Of a DNA stretch of 64,000 bases, positions 40,165-53,190 are shown piece by piece. The DNA is from Camelus ferus (Eukaryota). The translations under genes were made by a program, and so were the position numbers. The notes beneath the pieces are model-generated. The model was not told the origin of the DNA, ran no database searches, and worked only from the letters and a program-made list of their open reading frames with translations. Location of the stretch: the NCBI RefSeq assembly GCF_009834535.1, contig NC_045696.1:25422001-25486000 (forward strand), read 5' to 3'. Each line of letters starts with the position of its first letter. The stretch's first letter is position 1.

Positions 40165-42949
40165 AGAAAAAGTCAAGAACATTACTCCAGGCAGGGGAGT
40201 GACTGACATGAGGGTACAGGAAGATGGCCCAGGAGAGGGAGGGGAGTTAGGATGGCCTCCTTCAAACAGCCCAAGGGCCTCCAAGAGAGTGAGTCCCTCA
40301 TCATTCGGGCAGAATGTAAACAGTTTCTGTTCTTAGCAAATATGTCTTTAGTACCCCTGTCTGGGGGACTCTCTGTTTGCCTCAGGATGCCCAAGCATGA
40401 CAGCATCAGGCCAACTCCGTACATGAGGCCAGTTCTGGTTTGGTATCTGTCTCTTACTGGATTTTGCTAGGTCTTCATGAGCTGGACCCTAGTCATTTAA
40501 ATATATGCAACAAAAAGCAACTCAGATGAGTACCTTTCTAACGTGGTGGTCACTCTCATTGAATCTGATTGCATCAGTCAGATTTATATTTAAGGCTCAC
40601 AGACTTCAAATAAATTTGGTGACCAAAGAAAAGACATCTTATTTATTACATAGTGGTACTTGTGTAAGATGTGCCAAATCTCAGAAGCTGCCCAGGAAAC
40701 CCCTACTAAAACCACTGTTTTCAAGTTTCTCTGCTTGTGACCCTAATTAATAGCCAACATAGAATCACTCTGTACAGGTATGCTTTTATTTCCTGTCAGT
40801 TTTTTCAAACCAAAATAAATGTTTTGCCTCATGGAAAATTTAATATTTCCATTTCAGGTAAGCTGGCAAAAATGTGATTGCTATCACCAGTTAGAATCTT
40901 GGAATGGCCCTCTGAGTACTTGTTCTTCCATGAATATTAGAGTTTATCATGGCCATCAAGATCAGCCATCATGTGTATGTGAGTTAGTTACATTATTTCA
41001 TGCAAATAACCCTTAGCGCCTTTCTCTATAAGCCTTCACTTCTTCAATAAGGCAGACTTTCAATTTACTATGAGAAAGAAAATTTGTCCCCTACAGTTAT
41101 ACTGCACATCATAATTTCCTGTTCTTAATACAATTTTCTTTTACTGATCACAGCTGTAGATTTTTTAAAAGGTTAGGTAACTGACTAATTCGATGCCAAG
41201 TATCTTATCTCCAGAGACTTAGGTTAAGAAATGTCACTTTGATTGTCTCCATGGCAAGTCATGTCATATATGAACAACTTTATCTCACTGTTTAATTTGA
41301 CCCAATTTTCCATATTGCTTAATAAGCACATTACAGTGAATCACTAATCTATTATCCAAGGAATTATGAAGCTTCTGGGTTATCTTCCATTGCACCTGCT
41401 TCAATCAGTGTATTACCTTGGGTATTATGGTCACTTTATCCTTTAATAAAAGAATTGTTAATATCTTCATCTGCAATTTCAAGCCATTTGCAAAATTAGG
41501 TTAGCTGCATTTTATATAAAATACATCACAATTTCAGTCACTTAATGTGATGTTTTCAGGAATAATTCTAATGTTTCCAACATTCTCAAATTCATATTTT
41601 CATTAAACAAATGATCAGTATTCAAAGATGTATATTTCATTTAAGGAAATAGATGGAAGCATGTTCTTGTTCTTAGTCACTGTCACACCATATCTGACAC
41701 TATTTTATTGGCTTTTTTTGTTAATTTTTGAAAGTTAATGCAAATAGGAACTATAGTGTTTAGAGCCCAGTATAGTTAAAGATATTTTTAAATTGTTTTT
41801 AGAAATAATTTGCTGGAAGATATGGTGGCATAATTTTATTGAGCTTATAGAATAATCCCTTTGTTTTGTATTTGCTGTCCTCTACCAGTAACACGTTAGG
41901 TCTCATTATTAATAAAGATTCATTATACCTTCTTCATACAAGTCACACATGTAACCAATGTATAGATACTAGATATGTAACTACTATGTGCAGAATCTAT
42001 ATCATCCTTACCAGAATGTCAAAGTCTTTATCATCCATTTGAACTTATTTCCATTCAAAAAACACCTATAGAAGTATTTGCTCTGTGTCAGTACCAGGTT
42101 ATGTGGTAGGAACATTCAGCCCTTAACTCGCAGTGAGCTCACAGTCAAGAGGGGAATTTACATCGTAGCATGGGAAGTCTGAGAAGCAGTAATCCACAAT
42201 TAAAATCCGAATACCCTTTTATCCCCAGGTGAAGTTGAAATTTGTGAATTTTAGTTTTCTGACAGGCATAGGTTAAATTTCCTAAAACCTTGAACAAATT
42301 ACATCCTAAAATACCTGCAGTGCTGAGGAACTGGATGAGTTGTATTAGGGTATCCAATTTAGATTTATGCTGACATCTTACCCAATCCTCCTGTGTCTCT
42401 ATCCTTTCAAGTGTTAGTGAGTTCTTCATTTGGTATATCCCGACAGGCTAGCAAGGAAACATTTTATCTAATTTAGTAACAATCAAAGGAAAGAGGAAAA
42501 GGATAAAAGAAAAAGATTTTAATTTTAAGGATAATTTTACTAATATTGATTGTAAAACTCTGTGTCCTGTTAACGAGACATTTTCCCCTTATTCATGTCT
42601 CTAATCACTTACTCAAGCTAACTTAACATAAGGAAATGATACACCAGTAGGCCCCTCCACGAAACATGAAAAGATCTTCGCCTCATCTGTTGCTTCAATT
42701 ACTTTCAGGAGCCTTTTGAATCTGCTTTGAAAAATTAGGCATCAATCAGGTTTTCTGATCAAAAGTGATACATCTCTGCTTTTTTCTACCATGGCTTTCA
42801 AAGGCAAGGGTTGATGTCTGAACTGAAGTAAAACTGTCTAGAGTGTCAAGTTCCATATGAAACTCCACTTCTGTGGTGACTACCATTCTTAGTTCCATTA
42901 CCTCTCACCAGGCCAAAACATGGGAAAGCAGGAAGGGCGTCAGACGTCA

Positions 42950-43162
42950 CTCAAAGGATTTGGTATGAGCCTCAGCCCTGTCACTCTCCAGCTACACAGG
43001 TTTGGGCAAGGCATTGTCTCCCTCCGTCTCCTGTCTGTTGTTTATGAAGTTGCAGAATAAGTCCTGGCTGTGTCATCACCAGAGGCTGCAGGGAGGCTCA
43101 CGTGGCACCACACATGTGGGTCTGTTTCATGAACTTCAAAGTGTTATATAAATAGTTGTAGT
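42950..43162 (+). mobile_element. Diverged MIR SINE
   Basis: ctcagccctgtcactctccagct...ttgggcaaggcatt...aaagtgttatataaat. Confidence 0.6.
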
Positions 43163-44109
43163 TCTTTGCTGGGAAGGACTTTGCAACCACAGGGAGTTAT
43201 TAAATGAACACATGATGCTGGGGCTGTTCCCTGGAGAAATAAATGCCCCGATTCTAGATCTTGTGCCCATGGCCCTTAAAGCGACTCTGGAAGACTGGTT
43301 GTTTTGAGCCGATGATGTCCCCCTTTCTAGGCTAATGACCTGTGCTCATGCAAAGGGATGTTTATCCTTCATGTATAAAACTGAGGTCCATTCAGTTATG
43401 ACAGCTCTGAAGTGCCCTGGTGGCTTAGCTGGAACACACATCCTCTGTGTAAGGGGAGCTAGGCCTTGGAGATTTTTTGTACAGATTTTCTAACAAATAC
43501 TTTTCAAAGCAATGTTTACCCAGAAAATCTCTGGTAATGTGATAATGAAAACTCATATGTCTTTGAAATGTCTTATGATGACATTTGGCAAGGATCAGTG
43601 AGAGTCTTCTCAAATATTAGAAAAATCAAAATAAAAGTGTGAGGGCAAATTCTAAAGGATGTTTTACTTTCCTTTTAGAAGTTCTCTGCATCTCAAAGTG
43701 ATAGTAACCAGATTTATTATTCTTAGAAAGAGAATGCATGATATTATAATTCTTTCATGCTATTGTATTTCATTTTTGACAACAATACATTTATCTTATG
43801 AACAGAAAATATGGGATCTACTTGGTGTATGATCCATGCTGCAAAGTTCTTTATGTTCAAATTATGGTGGTTGCACAATACTAATTGAGCTCATTCATTT
43901 CACTTGAAAATGAGGGGCAACTTATGAAACATTATTAAGTTTAATGCATTAGAATGTCTCCGAATTTTAGTTATTAATTCAAGAAAATAAGTACAGATAA
44001 AATTATTAACAAAGAATCATATCATAATACACAGCCTCAGACACAAGGAATAATATGAACTGTATCCCAAGAAATTTTGAAGAATTTCATGCAAGAAATT
44101 AAAATGATG

Positions 44110-44800
44110 ACAGTGATCATTTCGAGAGATTATTGTATACACACTGAAAACAGCAGGAGGAGAGACTAGAAGCAGAAGGAAATTAGAAGGATGGCAAGCA
44201 ATACTTGGAGACGGAAAAGATAACAGATGAAAGAGATTTTGATGAGGTAGCGTTCACAGAGGGATTAGATACCAGAGTGAGTAGAGAGAGAAGTCAAGAG
44301 TGCTTCCAGGAATGCTGGCTTTCCCGGAAAGTAATTAAAACATACATTTAAGTCTGTGGCTTTCAAGATAATACATGACTGGAGACTCAGATTTGTAAGG
44401 TATAAGAATATATTGGAAATGAAAAGTTGGGACTGGATCAACATACAAAATAAACACATGAAGGCTGAGAAGAGGTAAGTACTAAGGAGAAAATTCTAAT
44501 CAGAGTGAAGGAAGCCATAAAAGAGTTGGAGAAATACAGCAACAGAGGGCAAGACAGCCAGAGAGAAGGGGGTACTTTAAGTGTCAAATGTTGCTCTTGT
44601 ATCCAAAAAAATAGCTTGAGAAACTTCCATTAAATGAAAAGTTGGGGAGTTTTTTTTGGTAGCCTTGACAAGGGTATATTCTTGGGTTCATGTGGGTAGA
44701 AAAAAAAGGTGGATTGAGAACTGAGTGAGAGATGGGAAAATAGAAAAAATACAGGGTAGAACAGATGGGGGTAGAGAAAGAGGGGGAGACTTGGAAGGAA
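44110..44800 (-). mobile_element. Diverged L2 internal region
   Basis: gagagactagaagcagaagg...gagagaagtcaagagtgcttccagg...ctggagactcagatttg...gtgtcaaatgttgct. Confidence 0.6.
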
Positions 44801-47800
44801 ACGAGATGTGGGGTTGGGGGAATTGGGGTTTGATTCATTATTGATATTTGAATTTGATTTTTTTTTTTTTCTTTTTTAGATCACTAGAAAGAGAGTTAGA
44901 ATAATAGGGCTGAGGTGATTGATAGAGCAAAGTGCTAGGGAGGCAGAAAGAGATGAATTTAAGGCACATACTTTGTTTTCAGGAGGATAGATATCACATC
45001 CATAAAAACAGGAAAGAAGAGACGAGAAAAGGTAAGAAGAAAAGAAAGCAAGGAGAGAGGGACTGATGGAGAGAAAGAGGGGAGGGCTAGAGAGAGATTG
45101 GTCAGATAAGATCCTGTGTTGGCTACATTGTTGTGTGCTTTTGTGTGTGTGTGCACGCGTGTGAGGGAGATGGTACGAGGGAAGTACACATCCTGAAAAT
45201 AAAACCTGTAGGGGAAAGTCTATAATTCTGTAGTGTAGAAAGCCAAACTGTCAGGAAAATATTCCCAGGAAAGAATCTGGAATGTGGAGTAACTAGACCC
45301 TTAGGGAAAAGTTTTCACTAAGCATTGTTGTTACCCAGTGCACAGTCTCATGATTAATAAAGCAATTGTTTTATTTATAACTTTTCCCATGGTCTTGTGA
45401 GTTTTGTGAGTTCAAATTTTTGAAATATTGTGATCTTTAGCAAAAAGAATTTTGTTTTAAATTCTGTTTTTCCATTTCTACATATGTAAATCCAGATGAA
45501 TTAAATTATAAAAATTGCCAAAAGTATACAAAGATATGTTTCTAAATATAAAAAGAAATTTCCTAAATATACTTTTATAAATATTTTAATTTCTTAATGA
45601 GATACTTTTGCAGTTACTCAGTTATAACAAAATTTTGCTTGAAGAAGTCAGTAACTCTGGAAGCACTAATTTCAACAAATATATTTTCTTAAAGGCTCTC
45701 AAAATGCATACATTAGGACATGCCTCAAACTGAAATGAATTATTTCAAATATAAAACAATCATATATTATTTGCTCTGCTTCTCAGTGATTATCCTGATT
45801 AAAGATTTTCCCTTTTCCACTTTCCAAATGGTCTCCCAAAATACAAGCTTTTGCATGCGTTAAACCCACCTTTTCTAGCATCAGAGATTTGTTTTCCCTA
45901 AAATGTCACATTCTCTTCTACCTTCCACTTTCTTTTTTTTATTGAGAAAGAAATTATTCTTCTCTTTTTCTCAAGGCTGAAGAATGCATCTCCATCATTA
46001 AGATTAAAGAAAATCAGGACTGATGCTCATTTTCATAGTCACAACCTAAATCATTTCTCAGTGGGATTCCATGACACCATTGATTCAGCTGCAGATCAGT
46101 GTCGAACACTTTTGGGAAAGTTAGCTACAGAATCAACAGTTCCTCTCTCCTTGGCCCAGTGGGACCCCAGTAGTTCTAATCTTGTGTTTGGTTTCCTGAT
46201 CCTTATAGGGTCTACTGTTTCTAAGGTTTAAAAGCAAAAGAAAATTCTTCTCATTTTACACAAAGAAAAAATTTTACATTTTGCCAGAGGAAAGCACTAA
46301 ATTAAGCTCAAGAGTTATTTTGGAGTGCTTAAAATTTGTTCAGAACTGTGAGAAATGATGAAAATACACTCCTTCCAGCTTAATATATCCCTATGTTAAA
46401 GTTATTTGTGGAGAAAGGATACACAGTTTAGATAACTTTTAATTTAAAAAATGCAGCTCCAGATTTGAGGGGGTTCCAGGGTGAGGGCCACAGACTGCAA
46501 CTGCCAGACTGAGGTGAAGAAAGATTTGAAAACACAATGGCATTAGTGTGTGTGTCTCTTGGGTATCCCATGGCTTACCCTCAGTAATCTGTGTTTTCAT
46601 TTTGGGGTTTTGAAACTTTAAGAATCAATACATTAAAAACAAAAGAAAAGTAAAAGAAGATTGACTAGAACAACTATCCTAATTAAACTACAAATATCGT
46701 AGAGTTAATTTACTTGATCATCAGTGAAGACTGATTGAAATCATTATATGCACCATCAATACATATTAACATGATATGTATCAGCCATATCAACATATGA
46801 TCTCCTTTCGCCATTCAATGCCCAGCTTTCCTCTCATCTTTTGTAAACTAAATGGCATGTGCCTACACACACTCACACATTCCACATACAAATCTTAAAA
46901 ATTAATGTTAAGTCGGATGAGAGAGATTGAGTTACCCAAAGGAACTTGGAAATTACTGGAGAACTAGTCAGCTGCCTTGGGTTGGAAATACAGAGTGAAT
47001 TGGATGGAAAATGATTCAGAAATATACTGCTTTGTATGAACTGTTTTAAATAACTCCTAGTATATACAACATTAATCAGAAAGATACTGTACTACTATTC
47101 ATCATTGTTTATGCATTGTGCACATACTTATATCAAAAAGTTACTCAAGAGAATGTATCCATTACAGTCAACATTGCTGTCTTCTGAAATGAGGACCTTA
47201 CCTTCCAGATTATGAAAATCTGACCTTCTCCCCTCTTTTCTCTCTCATCAGTATTTTGACAGGTGTGGCCCTGGAGATGAGGAATAAAGCAAAATAAAGC
47301 AAAAAATGTAATTCAGTGTTGTTAGATGTTATTAGTACTTTTATAATATTAGGCTTAATGCTAAATGTGGTTTCAATTTTTGGCCGTATTAGGCTTTTTA
47401 ATCTGTGCATTTTATCCATCTGGTTCATGTATTTATTATTGTGAATAGATGAGAATTAGCTATGCCAATCAAAATAATACTCTGATGCTGTAAAAACTGT
47501 TTTATGTGTTCACTTCTTCAGACCATGCATGCTTTTTTCAGACTTTGTGCTTGGTCCGTTTGCTGCTTAGGGTAGCTTTAAAATTTTTTTTCTTTTTTAA
47601 GGTTATTCTCCACTTTAGGTCTCCTGGAAATTTACTGCAGCACATGGTCTGCTTTAGATGGCAAGATTGTCACAGACAAGAACTCTGGCATTTAGTTTAC
47701 AAAAGGGCACAGAGAAAGAAAGAAAAGAAAAGTAATCATTTCGATTTTTTAATGTTCCTAAGTTTTTCTGTCATACAGCAAATGTCTCAATGTTTCATTC

Positions 47801-49139
47801 TTCCTGCATCTTTGTATCAATATTCCTATATAATTTAGCCATAACCATTTACATTGGCCACTTTCTTCTTAGAGTAATTAGAAGATCTCCATTCAACCAA
47901 CTTAATTTTTCTGATAATTGTCCAACTTTTACCACTAAAATGAACACAGGAAATAGGAAATAATTTAATGACATTTATAGCTATACACATTTTAATGTGT
48001 TGATAGTTAATGTTTGTATATTTATAGTTGTATGTTTAACATATAACTGTATGTTTATAGTCATACACCTTTTAAAGATTATTTTTCTAATGACTTGAAA
48101 TAGTTCTTTTGCAATTGTATATAATTATAATTTTATAATTTAATGGAAAAATTTCTATACTTCTGTTATAATTTAATTCAAAATTTTAGTAACAATAGTA
48201 AAATGTAATGCTTAGAGTTAGAGTCTTTTCATTCTTGGAAGAGATATCCACATTCAAAATGGAAAAAGTTAATAAAAAAAAAGAATGGCATGTTTTGGGC
48301 ATGTTTTTGCACATATGCATAGTATTGTGGCTGTCTTAATATTTACACATGAGTAAAAATCTGTTTGACTGTTGCTGTCAACCACAGCACTTTCGTCTTC
48401 TCTTTTGTTTCCTTGGATATTTTCAAGTTGCTGAGCTCACCCATCGACACAAGCCTTCCTGACACTTGGCACTTCCTATTTTGTCACTGTCTCTCTGAAA
48501 CAAACCTGTGATGTTAATATATCCCAGCACCTAAATCCAAAACATAGAGACAAAAAAAACCCCAAGAAATTTAGAATTTAAAAAGTTCATCCAGTGAAAT
48601 CTTTGTTGAGGCCAAGATATCAAAATACCAACAGATAGCTTTAGATCATTGTTCTGGTCTTATTTCTCCATATTCTGTTCTTTTGAGAAACTCCATCCTC
48701 TTCCAATAAATATTAAGCACATTATTATTGTTTCATGTATGTTTTCCTTGCTTTTTCGAATTCCATATTCTTTATATTCACATCTTACATCCTGTGGACA
48801 CCTTCAAGTTTTCTCTTTAAGACACTCTTTTGCTCTGTCTCTATCCATTTACTGACCCATGTTCTATAACCCAATATGATGAAGTTGTTGGGGCACCAGG
48901 TTCCATTGCTGGTCCTGACGCTCCTTCCAAAGAAACTTTGCTCTGTGCCACCTCTTTGTTCTCAGTTTTGAACCCTTCATGAAGAGTTTTCTTAGTAGAA
49001 AATAATTTTAATTCCTCTCCTTTATTTTTTTTTATAAAAACCTTGATTTCTTGAGGTTGTTCCACAAATAAAAGAGTTTAAAATATTGAGATACTAACAC
49101 AAAATAGAAAGGAAATCAGCTTTAACAGTCTATCTACAA

Positions 49140-49697
49140 GGCCTAGCAATTCTACTCCTAAATATATACCCTAAGCAATTGATAACAGGTAAAATACTTG
49201 TGCATGAATATTCATAGCAGCACTATTTTCAGTAGCCAAAAGGTGGAAATGACCCAAATGTCTATCAATGATGAATGGACAAAATGTGGTATATACATAC
49301 AATGGAATATTATCTAGACATAAAAAGGAACAAGGTGCTGATACGTGCCACAACATGGAAAAGCCTGGAAAACATTATGCTAAGTGAAATAGCCAGACAC
49401 GAAAGGACAAGTATCGTATGATTCTATTTAAGCGAAATATCTAGAATAGTTGAATCCATAGAGATGGAAGACATCGATGGTTGCCTGTGGCTGGAAAAAG
49501 TAACGAAATAAGTGTCTGCTTCATGAATAGAGGGATTTCTTTTCGGGTGATGAAAACGTAGAGTTTGATATCAGTGACATCTTCCCAACATTGTGAATCT
49601 ACTAAATGCCACTTTGCATACTAAATTGTACACTTTAAATGCACTTTCAATTCTGTGTTCTGTAAATTTTACCTCAATTTTTTAAAAAGGAAAAAAA
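49140..49697 (+). mobile_element. L1MB-type 3' end (ORF2 end plus 3'UTR)
   Basis: cctagcaattctactcct...atagcagcactatt...tagccaaaaggtggaaa...aaacattatgctaagtgaaa...ggtgatgaaaa...ttttacctcaatttt. Confidence 0.92.
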
Positions 49698-51087
49698 CAC
49701 TCCCACATACATGTCTGGGGTCAACATTTGTAAAGAGATAAAGACAAATATAATAATAGTTTATGGAATCTTGTCTTTAGTAGTACCCCCAGTTTGTCCT
49801 TATTTCATAGTACTTTGTGTTTATCGTCATTCTTTTTTCTCCCATATTATTTCAGCATTTAAGACACAAAAAGACTGCAGTAGCCTTCAGTTGTTCCAGG
49901 TTATGTTTTATTGGTTAATTAATACCTGCTCGAAGTGGCTGAAGATATTTGAGTGTGCCTGAGTTATGTATTACTGGAGTACTAAACCATGACCTGTCAT
50001 GTCAATGCTGCCAGACAGCCTCATGTTCAATAAGTGATAAAAACCTACATGTCTTACCAGTGAAGTACTTACTTAGATATGATTAAATGACTAATCATTT
50101 GTTCACTGCCAGTCTTAAATCTTTCTGCATTCTGGTGTTAGATTTTTTTTTTTTCTGTATCATTTAGGCTGTAGACTATTTTCTTATCCTTTATATTGTA
50201 TCTGCTATTTTTTTAAAGCCTCATCAAATATATGGAAGAGACATATGGTCAATTAGTTATGCTATAAAAGTCCTTGAATACTGGGTGAAAATGATCACAT
50301 AATGGGGTTTTAGAGGTCTCTTATGTAGCCTGTAAAGAACACCAATGCTATCCAAATACAAAATATGGAATCCACGTGTGAAATCCAGCGCCTGCGTGGG
50401 TTTTACTTTTACATCAAGAATTTAGAAAAACTCTGGACATTTCTTACTCAGTTATCCTTAGTTTTATGTTTCCATGAAAGTAAAGTGTTTCATGAAATAT
50501 ACGCCTATTAATATTTCATAATGAATCTGGTTAACAGAGATATTGTAAAGTCCTTGAGGTCAGCAAAATAACTATATAATGGAAGCACTTCCAAAATTCT
50601 CTTTAGAGTCTGCATTTATATTTCTGGTAAAATGCTGCATGATACTGTTTTACCTCACCAAGCCCCAAATTTTTCTTATCTATAAAAAGGGGAAGATTTC
50701 CAAATCTAAAATGGTTGTAACTGTTACATAAGTTCATATGTAAAAAGTATCTACCATACTTTTCAATACCATACTCACTTCTCCATCTTCACGTGACAAA
50801 TCCCACTCTTCATGCGTTAAGTTCAAATTTAAATATAATTGCATTTTAGGGGAAAAATGAAAAGATGAATTAAAAAAATTCAGAATAACCCTAATTAATC
50901 TTAGCACAGTACCAATAAAGTCTCCATAATTTTTTGGACCTTTATGATGTTTGTAAATTTTTTATAGGAAAATAAATGATGTGTGAGTGTCTCCAATTCT
51001 AGACTCAGATCTATTATCTTCTCCATCCAACTGGAGTTTCTAAATAATTTCATCCAGTACTAAAGTCTTTAAATTCCTCTATATTTC

Positions 51088-51220
51088 TATTTTTTTAAAT
51101 ACCTTTATTGTGATATGATTCCTGTACAGTAAACTACACATATTTCAGATGTAGAATTTGATGAATTTTGATAGATGTATACACCAATGAAACAACCACC
51201 ACAATCAAGATACCTAACAT
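51088..51220 (-). mobile_element. L1M (L1MC/L1MD-like) 3' terminus
   Basis: T-run, then ctttattgtgatatgatt...tttgatgaattttga...accaccacaatcaagata. Confidence 0.8.
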
Positions 51221-51997
51221 GACTGCTAAATTTACTTCTGCTGTCTCAAGATTCATATCCAGCTACCTGCTTGATTTCTCAGCATAGATATTTAATAGGC
51301 GTCTCACTGTTAACGTTATCATGTTATAAGCGGGTATTGTGACTTCCTAGATTCATTCCCTTCCAGTAAGCCCTCATCTCAGTAAATGGCAATACCATTC
51401 ATCTCATTGCTAAGTCCCAGAACCTTAGAATCATTCTTGATTTCACTATTGCTTTTACAACCTTTACCTAAAACATCACAAATGTTGTTGCCTACTTTCC
51501 AAATATGTCCAGAATCTGACCCACTTCTCACCATCTTCATTGTCTCCACAGCATCCCAATATACCATCAAGGTTTTGCAATAGACTCGTGCCTTGTCTTT
51601 CATCTTCTGCTCTTGCCTCTCTGTGGTCTATTCATCACATAATAGCCAGAAGAAACTTTTTAATAGTTGTGTCAGGTCATGCAAGTTATTGCTTAAAACT
51701 CTACATAGCTTGCCACTGCTCTTAAAATAAACAGAAGTGTCAAAGTCCAAATAGTCCCTTTATGGTCCTTCATCTTATTTTCTCTGCCCCTGGCTCACAG
51801 TATTTCAGGCATAGTGGACATCATATGGTTGTTCTTCAAACACTGCCTGATATCCCTGCCTCAGGGCCTTCGTATATAATCTTTGCTTGGAAAGATTTTC
51901 CTCAAGATATTCTTGAGTCTCACTCTTCTTAGATGTACCATTCTGTAAGAGGAATTCCCTGACCACCTTTTCTAAAATCATATGCCTTATTTCTCTT

Positions 51998-52415
51998 TGT
52001 GGTGGCTAATTTTATGTGTCAACTCAGCTAGGCTAGACCACTAGAATTGGTCAAATGCTAGTTTAGATGTTGCTGTGAAGGTATTTTTGAGATGTGATTA
52101 ACATTTAAAACAGTAGACTTGCAGTAAAGCAGATTATCCTCCATAATGTGGGTGGACCTTATCTAATCAGTTGAAGGCCTTAAGAGTAGAGACTAAGGTC
52201 TCCCAAAGAGGAAGAAATTCTTCCCCAACTCCCTTCAGACTTAAAACTGCAATATCAGCTCTTGCCAGAATTTCCAGCCTGTTGGCCTTCCTTGCAAATT
52301 TTGCACTTGCCAGCCTTCACAATCAGATGAGCCAATTCCTTAAAATCTCTATCAATATATCTATATAAGATAGATATATCTTATTGGTTCTGTTTCTCTG
52401 GAGAACCCCAATAGA
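51998..52415 (+). mobile_element. ERVL solo LTR MLT2 (MLT2D-like)
   Basis: tgtggtggctaattttatgtgtcaact...ttggttctgtttctctggagaaccc; perfect 5-bp TSD CTCTT (51993-51997 / 52416-52420). Confidence 0.93.
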
Positions 52416-52539
52416 CTCTTTGTTCATTCATGGATTATCTGTTTCCCGAATTTTCAGACAAGCTCAAAAGGAAAAAGTGCTCAATGTTATATTCACCGTT
52501 GTAATTCCAGTACCTTAAAAAATCTTCGGGACATATTTT

Positions 52540-52622
52540 CATATATGTATGTGTATATATATACACACACACACAGAGATGTATATATATAGATATTTGT
52601 GTGTTTGTGTGTATATAGGTTT

Positions 52623-52654
<32 letters not shown>

Positions 52655-52684
52655 TATTTATATATATATAAATGTGTACATATC
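52540..52684. repeat. Compound (TA)n/(CA)n/(TG)n microsatellite
   Basis: Read directly from the sequence. Confidence 0.92.
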
Positions 52685-52696
52685 ACTTTTCCTTTT

Positions 52697-53190
52697 ATCC
52701 TGCCATTTACAACAACATAGGTGAAACTGGAGACAAAACATTACACTAAGTGAGATAAGCTAAACAAAAAAAGCAAATACTGTCTGATCTCCATTTTATA
52801 TGTGGAATATAAAAAGAAAAATAAAGTTGGGCTCATAGAATCAGAGAGTAGAATGGTGGTTGCCAGGAGCTGGGAAATGGGGGAAATAGGGGATACTGGT
52901 CACAGGGTACAAGCTTTCAGTTATAAATAAATAGCTCTGGGAAATCTAATGTATAGCAAGCTGACTACAGTTAATAGTAATCTATTGTATACTTGAAATT
53001 TTCTGAGAGTAGATCTAAAGTGCTCTTACCACATACACAAAAAAAATAATGACTATGTGAGCTGATGGATTTGTTAATTAACTTGATTGGAGTAATCATT
53101 TCATAACATATACATATGTGAAATCACATTGTACCCTTCTTATAAAAATTTGTCAATTATACCTCAATAAAGCTGAAAACAATAAATAGT
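52697..53190 (+). mobile_element. L1MA9-like 3' end
   Basis: atcctgccatttacaacaacat...cagagagtagaatggtggttgccagg...gagagtagatctaaagtgctcttaccaca...ttgtcaattatacctcaataaagctg. Confidence 0.92.
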
